NCBI GenBank assembly: GCA_002189035.1
Contig: NEEC01000396.1
Span: 1 to 19,558 of the forward strand
Length of the DNA: 19,558 bases
Source of the DNA: Utricularia gibba
Lineage: Eukaryota; Plantae; Magnoliophyta
Direction: 5' to 3'
The translations under genes were made by a program, and so were the position numbers. The notes under the pieces are model-generated. The model saw only the letters and a program-made list of their open reading frames with translations, was not told the DNA's origin and did no database searches. Positions within the stretch are counted from its first letter, which is position 1. Each line of letters begins with the position of its first letter. Shown here one piece after another: positions 8,751 to 19,558 of the stretch.

Positions 8751-11700
8751 AACGACATCACCCGCCCAAAAACGACAAGCTTTTCCTTGAGAAACCCATT
8801 GAGGCGGCCTATTAAAACCAACGTTAATAAATGCATCAAGTTTTTTGCCGAGCTACAAATGACTATGGGGAGCTCGACTCGACCTCCTGCTCGATACCGT
8901 TGCCCCACGAGAGTGCCTTATCAAATATAAAGAATGCGATTGAGAAAACCATGGGTGCTCATGACATCCTAACTTCAATAAATGCATTACGAGTCGAGTA
9001 GGACCGATGTGGCAAAGGAGTCTGACCGAACCTTGGGTCTGAACGAAGTTCCCAACGACATCACCCGCCGAAAAAACGACAAGCTTTTCCTTGAGAAACC
9101 ATGTAGGCAGCCTATTAAAACCCAACGTTAGTAAATGCATCACGTTTTTTGCGGAGCTACAAATGAGTATGGGACCGAGCCCGACTCGACCTCGATACCG
9201 TGCCCCACTAGAGCGCCTCCTCAAATACAAAGCATGCGATTGAGAAAACCATTTTGGGTGCTCATGAAATCCTAACTTCAATAACTGCATCACGATTTTC
9301 GTCGAGTAGGACCAGATTTGGCAAAGGAGTCAGACCGAACCTGGGTCAGAACGAAGTTCACAACGACATCACTCGCCCAAAAACGACAAGCTTTTCCTTG
9401 AGAAAACCATTGAGGCGGCCTATTAAAACCAACCGTTAATAAATGCATCAAGTTTTTTGCCGAGCTACAAATGACTATGGGCCCGAGCTCGACTCGACCT
9501 CCTGCTCGATACCGTTGCCCCACGAGAGCGCCTCCTCAAATATAAAGCATGCGGTTGAGAAAACCATTTTGGGTGCTCATGACATCCTAACTTCAATAAA
9601 TGCATTACGATTTCGTCGAGTAGGACCGATGTGGCAAAGGAGTCAGACCGAACCTTGGGTCTGAACGAAGTTCCCAACGACATCACCCGCCGAAAAACGA
9701 CAAGCTTTTCCTTGAGAAACCATGTAGGCGCCTATTAAAACCCCGTTAATAAATGCATCAAGTTTTTTGCCGAGCTACAAATGACTATGGGCCCGAGCTC
9801 GACTCGACCTCCTGCTCGATACCGTTGCCCCACTAGAGCGCCTTATCAAATATAAAGCATGCGGTTGAGAAAACCATTTTGGGTGCTCATGACATCCTAA
9901 CTTCAATAAATGCATTACGATTCGTCGAGTAGGACCTGATGTGGCAAAGGAGTCTGACCGAACCTTGGGTCTGAACGAAGTTCCCAACGACATCACCCGC
10001 CGAAAAACGACAAGCTTTTCCTTGAGAAACCATGTAGGCAGCCTATTAAAACCCAACGTTAGTAAATGCATCACGTTTTTTGCGGAGCTACAAATGAGTA
10101 TGGGACCGAGCCGACTCGACCTTTTGCCCGATACCGTGCCCACTAGAGCGCCTCCTCAAATACAAAGCATGCGATTGAGAAAACCATTTTGGGTGCTCAT
10201 GAAATCCTAACTTCAATAACTGCATCACGATTTTCGTCGAGTAGGACCAGATTTGGCAAAGGAGACAGACCGAACCATGGGTCAGAACGAAGTTCACAAC
10301 GACATCACTCGCCCAAAAACGACAAGCTTTTCCTTGAGAAACCATTGAGGCGGCCTATTAAAACCAACCGTTAATAAATGCATCAAGTTTTTTGCCGAGC
10401 TACAATGACTATGGGCCCGAGCTCGACTCGACTCCTGCTCGATACCGTTGCCCACGAGAGTGCCTTATCAAATATAAAGCATGCGGTTGAGAAAACCATT
10501 TTGGGTGCTCATGATATCCTAACTTCAATAACTGCATCACGATTTTCGTCGAGTAGGACCTGTGGCAAAGGAGTCAGACAGAACCTTGGGTCCGAACGAA
10601 GTTCACAACGACATCACAAAAAACGACAAGCTTTTCCTTGAGAAACCATTGAGGCGGCCTATTAAAACCAACCGTTAATAAATGCATCAAGTTTTTTGCC
10701 GAGCTACAAATGACTATGGGCCCGAGCTCGACTCGACCTCCTGCTCGATACCGTTGCCCCACTAGAGCGCCTCCTCAAATATAAAGCATGCGGTTGAAAA
10801 ACCATTTTGGGTGCTCATGACATCCTAACTTCAATAAATGCATTACGATTATCGTCGAGTAGGACCTGATGTGGCAAAGGAGTCTGACCGAACCTTGGGT
10901 CTGAACGAAGTTCCAACGACATCACCCGCCGAAAAACGACAAGCTTTTCCTTGAGAAACCATGTAGGCAGCCTATTAAAACCAACGTTAGTAAATGCATC
11001 ACGTTTTTTGCGGAGCTACAAATGAGTATGGGACCGAGCCGACTCGACCTTTTGCCCGATACCGTGCCCCACTAGAGCGCCTCCTCAAATACAAAGCATG
11101 CGATTGAGAAAACCATTTTGGGTGCTCATGAAATCCTAACTTCAATAACTGCATCACGATTTTCGTCGAGTAGGACAGATTTGGCAAAGGAGACAGACCG
11201 AACCTGGGTCAGAACGAAGTTCACAACGACATCACTCGCCCAAAAACGACAAGCTTTTCCTTGAGAAAACCATTGAGGCGGCCTATTAAAACCAACCGTT
11301 AATAAATGCATCAAGTTTTTTGCCGAGCTACAAATGACTATGGGCCCGAGCTCGACTCGACCTCCTGCTCGATACCGTTGCCCCACGAGAGTGCCTTATC
11401 AAATATAAAGCATGCGGTTGAGAAAACCATTTTGGGTGCTCATGATATCCTAACTTCAATAACTGCATCACGATTTTCGTCGAGTAGGACCCGATGTGGC
11501 AAAGGAGTCAGACAGAACCTTGGGTCCGAACGAAGTTCACAACGACATCACCCGCCAAAAACGACAAGCTTTTCCTTGAGAAAACCATTGAGGCGGCCTA
11601 TTAAAACCAACCGTTAATAAATGCATCAAGTTTTTTGCCGAGCTACAAATGACTATGGGCCCGAGCTCGACTCGACCTCCTGCTCGATACCGTTGCCCCA

Positions 11701-13383
11701 CGAGAGTGCCTTATCAAATATAAAGCATGCGGTTGAGAAAACCATTTTGGGTGCTCATGATATCCTAACTTCAATAACTGCATCACGATTTTCGTCGAGT
11801 AGGACCCGATGTGGCAAAGGAGTCAGACAGAACCTTGGGTCTGAACGAAGTTCACAACGACATCACCGCCCAAAAACGACAAGCTTTTCCTTGAGAAACC
11901 ATGTAGGCGGCCTATTAAAACCAACGTTAATAAATGCATCAAGTTTTTTGCCGAGCTACAAATGACTATGGGCCGAGCTCGACTCGACCTCCTGCTCGAT
12001 ACCGTTGCCCCACGAGAGTGCCTTATCAAATATAAAGCATGCGGTTGAGAAAACCATTTTGGGTGCTCATGATATCCTAACTTCAATAACTGCATCACGA
12101 TTTTCGTCGAGTAGGACCCGATGTGGCAAAGGAGTCAGACAGAACCTTGGGTCGAACGAAGTTCACAACGACATCACTCGCCCAAAAACGACAAGCTTTT
12201 CCTTGAGAAAACCATTGAGGCGGCCTATTAAAAACCGTTAATAAATGCATCAAGTTTTTTGCCGAGCTACAAATGACTATGGGCCCGAGCTCGACTCGAC
12301 CTCCTGCTCGATACCGTTGCCCCACGAGAGTGCCTTATCAAATATAAAGCATGCGGTTGAGAAAACCATTTTGGGTGCTCATGATATCCTAACTTCAATA
12401 ACTGCATCACGATTTTCGTCGAGTAGGACCCGATGTGGCAAAGGAGTCAGACAGAACCTTGGGTCGAACGAAGTTCACAACGACATCACCCGCCCAAAAA
12501 CGACAAGCTTTTCCTTGAGAAACCATGTAGGCAGCCTATTAAAACCAACGTTAATAAATGCATCAAGTTTTTTGCCGAGCTACAAATGACTATGGGCCCG
12601 AGCTCGACTCGACCTCCTGCTCGATACCGTTGCCCCACGAGAGTGCCTTATCAAATATAAAGCATGCGGTTGAGAAAACCATTTTGGGTGCTCATGATAT
12701 CCTAACTTCAATAACTGCATCACGATTTTCGTCGAGTAGGACCCGATGTGGCAAAGGAGTCAGACAGAACCTTGGGTCCGAACGAAGTTCCAACGACATC
12801 ACCGCCAAAAACGACAAGCTTTTCCTTGAGAAATGAGGCAGCCCAACGTTAATAAATGCATCAACTTCCCCCCCAGAGAGCTCGACTCGACCTCCTGCTC
12901 GATACCGTTGCCCCACGAGAGTGCCTTATCAAATATAAAGCATGCGGTTGAGAAAACCATTTTGGTGCTCATGATATCCTAACTTCAATAACTGCATCAC
13001 GATTTTCGTCGAGTAGGACCCGATGTGGCAAAGGAGTCAGACAGAACCTTGGGTCCGAACGAAGTTCACAACGACATCACTCGCCAAAAAACGACAAGCT
13101 TTTCCTTGAGAAAACATTGAGGCGGCCTATTAAAACCAACGTTAATAAATGCATCAAGTTTTTTGCCGAGCTACAAATGACTATGGGCCCGAGCTCGACT
13201 CGACCTCCTGCTCGATACCGTTGCCCCACGAGAGTGCCTTATCAAATATAAAGCATGCGGTTGAGAAAACCATTTTGGGTGCTCATGATATCCTAACTTC
13301 AATAACTGCATCACGATTTTCGTCGAGTAGGACCCGATGTGGCAAAGGAGTCAGACAGAACCTTGGGTCCGAACGAAGTTCCC
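8751..13383 (+). repeat. Higher-order block 4: X-Y-Z*-Z'-Y-W-Z-Y-W-W-U-W-U-(damaged)-W (15 monomers, expanded)
   Basis: Monomers at 8751, 9054, 9362, 9676, 9986, 10298, 10607, 10915, 11225, 11541, 11856, 12167, 12479, 12792 and 13070. No full V precedes the X at 8751. Confidence 0.72.
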
Positions 13384-16300
13384 AACGACATCACCCGCCC
13401 AAAAACGACAAGCTTTTCCTTGAGAAATGTAGGCAGCCTATTAAAGCCAACGTTAATAAATGCATCAATTTTTTTGCCGAGCTACAAATGACTATGGGCC
13501 CGACTCGACTCGACCTCCTGCTCGATACCGTTGCCCCACGAGAGCGCCTTATCAAATATAAAGCATGCGGTTGAGAAAACCATTTTGGGTGCTCATGATA
13601 TCCTAACTTCAATAACTGCATCACGATTTTCGTCGAGTAGGACCCGATGTGGCAAAGGAGTCAGACCGAACCTTGGGTCTGAACGAAGTTCACAACGACA
13701 TCACCCGCCCAAAAACGACAAGCTTTTCCTTGAGAAACCCATTGAGGCGGCCTATTAAAACCAACGTTAATAAATGCATCAAGTTTTTTGCCGAGCTACA
13801 AATGACTATGGGCGAGCTCGACTCGACCTCCTGCTCGATACCGTTGCCCCACGAGAGTGCCTTATCAAATATAAAGCATGCGATTGAGAAAACCATTTTG
13901 GGTGCTCATGACATCCTAACTTCAATAAATGCATTACGATATCGTCGAGTAGGACCTGATGTGGCAAAGGAGTCTGACGAACCTTGGGTCTGAACGAAGT
14001 TCCCAACGACATCACCGCCGAAAACGACAAGCTTTTCCTTGAGAAACCATGTAGGCAGCCTATTAAAACCCAACGTTAGTAAATGCATCACGTTTTTTGC
14101 GGAGCTACAAATGAGTATGGGACCGAGCCCGACTCGACCTTTTGCCCGATACCGTGCCCCACTAGAGCGCCTCCTCAAATACAAAGCATGCGATTGAGAA
14201 AACCATTTTGGGTGCTCATGAAATCCTAACTTCAATAACTGCATCACGATTTTCGTCGAGTAGGACCAGATTTGGCAAAGGAGACAGACCGAACCTGGGT
14301 CAGAACGAAGTTCACAACGACATCACTCGCCCAAAAACGACAAGCTTTTCCTTGAGAAAACCATTGAGGCGGCCTATTAAAACCAACCGTTAATAAATGC
14401 ATCAAGTTTTTTGCCGAGCTACAAATGACTATGGGCCCGAGCTCGACTCGACCTCCTGCTCGATACCGTTGCCCCACTAGAGCGCCTTCAAATATAAAGC
14501 ATGCGGTTGAAAAACCATTTTGGGTGCTCATGACATCCTAACTTCAATAAATGCATTACGATTATCGTCGAGTAGGACCTGATGTGGCAAAGGAGTCTGA
14601 CCGAACCTTGGGTCTGAACGAAGTTCCCAACGACATCACCCGCCGAAAAACGAAAAGCTTTTCCTTTAGAAACCATGTAGGCAGCCTATTAAAACCCCGT
14701 TAATAAATGCATCAAGTTTTTTGCCGAGCTACAAATGACTATGGGCCCGAGCTCGACTCGACCTCCTGCTCGATACCGTTGCCCCACTAGAGCGCCTCCT
14801 CAATATAAAGCATGCGGTTGAAAAAACCATTTTGGGTGCTCATGACATCCTAACTTCAATAAATGCATTACGATTATCGTCGAGTAGGACCTGATGTGGC
14901 AAAGGAGTCTGACCGAACCTTGGGTCTGAACGAAGTTCCCAACGACATCACCCGCCGAAAAACGACAAGCTTTTCCTTTAGAAACCATGTAGGCAGCCTA
15001 TTAAAACCAACGTTAGTAAATGCATCACGTTTTTTGCGGAGCTACAAATGAGTATGGGACCGAGCCGACTCGACCTTTTGCCCGATACCGTGCCCCCTAG
15101 AGCGCCTCCTCAAATACAAAGCATGCGATTGAGAAAACCATTTTGGGTGCTCATGAAATCCTAACTTCAATAACTGCATCACGATTTTCGTCGAGTAGGA
15201 CCGATTTGGCAAAGGAGACAGACCGAACCTGGGTCAGAACGAAGTTCACAACGACATCACTCGCCCAAAACGACAAGCTTTTCCTTGAGAAAACCATTGA
15301 GGCGGCCTATTAAAACCAACCGTTAATAAATGCATCAAGTTTTTTGCCGAGCTACAAATGACTATGGGCCCGAGCTCGACTCGACCTCCTGCTCGATACC
15401 GTTGCCCCGAGAGTGCCTTATCAAATATAAAGCATGCGGTTGAGAAAACCATTTTGGGTGCTCATGAATCCTAACTTCAATAACTGCATCACGATTTTCG
15501 TCGAGTAGGACCCGATGTGGCAAAGGAGTCAGACAGAACCTTGGGTCAACGAAGTTCCAACGACATCACTCGCCCAAAAACGACAAGCTTTTCCTTGAGA
15601 AACCATTGAGGCGGCCTATTAAAACCAACCGTTAATAAATGCATCAAGTTTTTTGCCGAGCTACAAATGACTATGGGCCGAGCTCGACTCGACTCCTGCT
15701 CGATACCGTTGCCCCACGAGAGTGCCTTATCAAATATAAAGCATGCGGTTGAGAAAACCATTTTGGGTGCTCATGATATCCTAACTTCAATAACTGCATC
15801 GATTTTCGTCGAGTAGGACCCGATGTGGCAAAGGAGTCAGACAGAACCTTGGGTCGAACGAAGTTCACAACGACATCACTCGCCCAAAAACGACAAGCTT
15901 TTCCTTGAGAAAACCATTGAGGCGGCCTATTAAAACCAACGTTAATAAATGCATCAAGTTTTTTGCCGAGCTACAAATGACTATGGGCCCGAGCTCGACT
16001 CGACCTCCTGCTCGATACCGTTGCCCACGAGAGTGCCTTATCAAATATAAGCATGCGGTTGAGAAAACCATTTTGGTGCTCATGATATCCTAACTTCAAT
16101 AACTGCATCACGATTTTCGTCGAGTAGGACCCGATGTGGCAAAGGAGTCAGACAGAACCTTGGGTCCGAACGAAGTTCCCAACGACATCACCCGCCAAAA
16201 AACGACAAGCTTTTCCTTGAGAAACCATGTAGGCAGGCTTAAAACCAACGTTAATAAATGCATCAATTTTTTGCCGAGCTACAAATGACTATGGGCCCGA

Positions 16301-16805
16301 GCTCGACTCGACCTCCTGCTCGATACCGTTGCCCCACGAGAGTGCCTTATCAAATATAAAGCATGCGGTTGAGAAAACCATTTTGGTGCTCATGATATCC
16401 TAACTTCAATAACTGCATCACGATTTTCGTCGAGTAGGACCCGATGTGGCAAAGGAGTCAGACAGAACCTTGGGTCCGAACGAAGTTCACAACGACATCA
16501 CTCGCCAAAAAACGACAAGCTTTTCCTTGAGAAAACCATTGAGGCGGCCTATTAAAACCAACCGTTAATAAATGCATCAAGTTTTTTGCCGAGCTACAAA
16601 TGACTATGGGCCGAGCTCGACTCGACCTCCTGCTCGATACCGTTGCCCCACGAGAGTGCCTTATCAAATATAAAGCATGCGGTTGAGAAAACCATTTTGG
16701 GTGCTCATGATATCCTAACTTCAATAACTTCATCACGATTTTCGTCGAGTAGGACCCGATGTGGCAAAGGAGTCAGACAGAACCTTGGGTCCGAACGAAG
16801 TTCCC
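13384..16805 (+). repeat. Higher-order block 5: V-X-Y-Z-Z'-Y-W-W-W-V/U-W (11 monomers, ~3.42 kb)
   Basis: Monomers at 13384, 13694, 14005, 14316, 14629, 14941, 15250, 15559, 15869, 16181 and 16491. Confidence 0.78.
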
Positions 16806-19558
16806 AACCCACCCAAAAAACGACATGCTTTTCCTTGAGAAACTATGTAGGCAGCCTAATAAACCCGAACGTTAATAAATGCATCAATTTTTTTGCCGAG
16901 CTACAAATGACTATGGGCCCGACCTCGACTCGACCTCCTGCTCGATACCGTTGCCCCACGAGAGCGCCTTATCAAATATAAAGCATGCGGTTGAGAAAAC
17001 CATTTTGGGTGCTCATGATATCCTAACTTCAATAACTGCATCACGATTTTCACCGAGTAGGACCCGATGTGGCAAAGGAGTCAGACCGAACCTTGGGTCT
17101 GAACGAAGTTCACAACGACATCACCGCCCAAAAACGACAAGCTTTTCCTTGAGAAACCCATTGAGGCGGCCTATTAAAACCAACGTTAATAAATGCATCA
17201 AGTTTTTTGCCGAGCTACAAATGACTATGGGTTCGAGCTCGACTCGACCTCCTGCTCGATACCGTTGCCCCGAGAGTGCCTTATCAAATATAAAGAATGC
17301 GATTGAGAAAACCATTTTGGGTGCTCATGACATCCTAACTTCAATAAATGCATTACGAATATCGTCGAGTAGGACCTGATGTGGCAAAGGAGTCTGACCG
17401 AACCTTGGGTCTGAACGAAGTTCCCAACGACATCACCCGCCGAAAAACGACAAGCTTTTCCTTGAGAAACCATGTAGGCAGCCTATTAAAACCCAACGTT
17501 AGTAAATGCATCACGTTTTTTGCGGAGCTACAAATGAGTATGGGACCGAGCCCGACTCGACCTTTTGCCCGATACCGTGCCCACTAGAGCGCCTCCTCAA
17601 ATACAAAGCATGCGATTGAGAAAACCATTTTGGTGCTCATGAAATCCTAACTTCAATAACTGCATCACGATTTTCGTCGAGTAGGACCAGATTTGGCAAA
17701 GGAGACAGACCGAACCATGGGTCAGAACGAAGTTCACAACGACATCACTCGCCCAAAAACGACAAGCTTTTCCTTGAGAAAACCATTGAGGCGGCCTATT
17801 AAACCAACCGTTAATAAATGCATCAAGTTTTTTGCCGTACAAATGACTATGGGCCGAGCTCGACTCGACTCCCTCTCGATACCGTTGCCCCCCGAGAGCC
17901 TCCTCAAATATAAAGCATGCGGTTGAAAAAACCATTTTGGTGCTCATGACATCCTAACTTCAATAAATGCATTACGATTATCGTCGAGTAGGACCTGATG
18001 TGGCAAAGGAGTCTGACCGAACCTTGGGTCTGAACGAAGTTCCCAACGACATCACCCGCCGAAAAACGAAAAGCTTTTCCTTTAGAAACCATGTAGGCAG
18101 CCTATTAAAACCGGTTTCCGTTAATAAATGCATCAAGTTTTTTGCCGAGCTACAAATGACTATGGGCCGAGCTCGACTCGACCTCCTGCTCGATACCGTT
18201 GCCCCACTAGAGCGCCTCCTCAAATATAAAGCATGCGGTTGAAAAAACCATTTTGGGTGCTCATGACATCCTAACTTCAATAAATGCATTACGATTATCG
18301 TCGAGTAGGACCTGATGTGGCAAAGGAGTCTGACCGAACCTTGGGTCTGAACGAAGTTCCCAACGACATCACCCGCCGAAAAACGACAAGCTTTTCCTTT
18401 AGAAACCATGTAGGCAGCCTATTAAAACCCAACGTTAGTAAATGCATCACGTTTTTTGCGGAGCTACAAATGAGTATGGGACCGAGCCGACTCGACCTTT
18501 TGCCCGATACCGTGCCCCACTAGAGCGCCTCCTCAAATACAAAAGCATGCGATTGAGAAAACCATTTTGGGTGCTCATGAAATCCTAACTTCAATAACTG
18601 CATCACGATTTTCGTCGAGTAGGACCAGATTTGGTAAAGGAGACAGACCGAACCATGGGTCGAAGTTCACAACGACATCACTCGCCCAAAAACGACAAGC
18701 TTTTCTTGAGAAACCATTGAGGCGGCCTATTAAAAACCAACCGTTAATAAATGCATCAAGTTTTTTGCCGAGCTACAAATGACTATGGGCCCGAGCTCGA
18801 CTCGACCTCCTGCTCGATACCGTTGCCCCACTAGAGCGCCTCCTCAAATATAAAGCATGCGGTTGAAAAACCATTTTGGTGCTCATGACATCCTAACTTC
18901 AATAAATGCATTACGATTATCGTCGAGTAGGACCTGATGTGGCAAAGGAGTCTGACCGAACCTTGGGTCTGAACGAAGTTCCCAACGACATCACCCGCCG
19001 AAAAAACAAGCTTTTCCTTTAGAAACCATTAGGCAGCCTATTAAAACCCCGTTAATAAATGCATCAAGTTTTTTGCCGAGCTACAAATGACTATGGGCCG
19101 AGCTCGACTCGACCTCCTGCTCGATACCGTTGCCCCAGAGCGCCTCCTCAAATATAAAGCATGCGGTTGAAAAAACCATTTTGGGTGCTCATGACATCCT
19201 AACTTCAATAAATGCATTACGATTATCGTCGAGTAGGACCTGATGTGGCAAAGGAGTCTGACCGAACCTTGGGTCTGAACGAAGTTCCAACGACATCACC
19301 CGCCGAAAAACGACAAGCTTTTCCTTTAGAAACCATGTAGGCAGCCTATTAAAACCCAACGTTAGTAAATGCATCACGTTTTTTGCGGAGCTACAAATGA
19401 GTATGGACCGAGCCGACTCGACCTTTTGCCCGATACCGTGCCCCACTAGAGCGCCTCTCAAATACAAAGCATGCGATTGAGAAAACCATTTTGGGTGCTC
19501 ATGAAATCCTAACTTCAATAACTGCATCACGATTTTCGTCGAGTAGGACCAGATTTGG
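16806..19558 (+). repeat. Higher-order block 6: V-X-Y-Z-Z'-Y-Z-Z'-Y (truncated by the window end)
   Basis: Monomers at 16806, 17114, 17426, 17738, 18045, 18362, 18671, 18984 and 19289 (partial). Confidence 0.78.

Larger units (their letters stand above)
1..19558 (+). repeat. Tandem satellite DNA array, ~313-bp monomer, 62 full copies + 1 partial, single orientation (putative centromeric/pericentromeric satellite)
   Basis: The anchor AACGACATCA recurs at 1, 314, 625, 937, 1250, 1564, 1872, 2185, 2498, 2810, 3124 ... 18671, 18984, 19289 (about 311 bp mean spacing). Other motifs recur once per unit in the same order (AAGCTTTTCC, GAGCTACAAATGA, GGTGCTCATGA, CGAGTAGGAC, GTGGCAAAGGAG). No unique sequence interrupts the array. 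Confidence 0.99.

Noticed and set aside
1-19558. The many 60-166 aa ORFs in the six-frame track (recurring peptides such as MHQVFCRATNDYGPELDSTSCS and LLKLGYHEHPKWFSQ)
   Set aside because: They are translations of the same repeat on both strands, with ends set by 1-bp homopolymer indels. I recognise no domain, and there is no frame conservation between copies.
1-19558. CRISPR array or other repeat-spacer system
   Set aside because: There are no unique spacers; the entire ~313 bp is repeated, and no cas-like ORF is present.
1-19558. 5S rDNA, tRNA or snRNA tandem cluster
   Set aside because: I see no recognisable 5S rRNA coding sequence, tRNA cloverleaf or snRNA motif in the monomer on either strand. 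An Infernal/Rfam scan would be the definitive test.
1-19558. Monomer length polymorphism of 1-6 bp as a biological signal
   Set aside because: Almost all of it lies in homopolymer runs (A4/A5, T6/T7, C3/C4), the typical error signature of long-read sequencing.
1-19558. Transposon/LTR insertion, inversion or telomeric repeats
   Set aside because: Every monomer is in the same orientation with continuous periodicity. There is no non-satellite insert and no TTTAGGG/TTAGGG arrays.

Overview
The whole 19,558-bp window is one uninterrupted head-to-tail tandem satellite array in a single orientation. It holds 62 complete monomers plus one partial (mean about 311 bp, intact copies about 313-316 bp, about 47% GC). 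I find no credible protein-coding gene, RNA gene, CRISPR array or transposon; the supplied ORFs are recurring, frameshift-dependent translations of the repeat. Structure is visible at three scales. (1) Each monomer is an old diverged dimer of about 156 + 159 bp subunits, both starting TTGAGAAA(A)CCATT. (2) Monomers fall into recurring sequence classes, which I label W, V/U, X, Y, Z and Z'. (3) The classes occur in an ordered, variable-length higher-order repeat: V-X-Y-(Z[-Z']-Y)n-(W)n, often 11 monomers (about 3.4 kb). By monomer, phased on AACGACATCA, the order is X Y Z Y W W W W W W | V X Y Z* Z'* W W | V X Y Z Y W W W W W W | X Y Z* Z' Y W Z Y W W U W U (damaged) W | V X Y Z Z' Y W W W V/U W | V X Y Z Z' Y Z Z' Y (* = mosaic). 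This architecture is typical of eukaryotic (peri)centromeric satellite DNA, but centromere function and taxon cannot be shown from sequence alone. Frequent homopolymer indels suggest noisy long-read data. All alignments and counts were done by eye, and boundaries may be off by a few bases.
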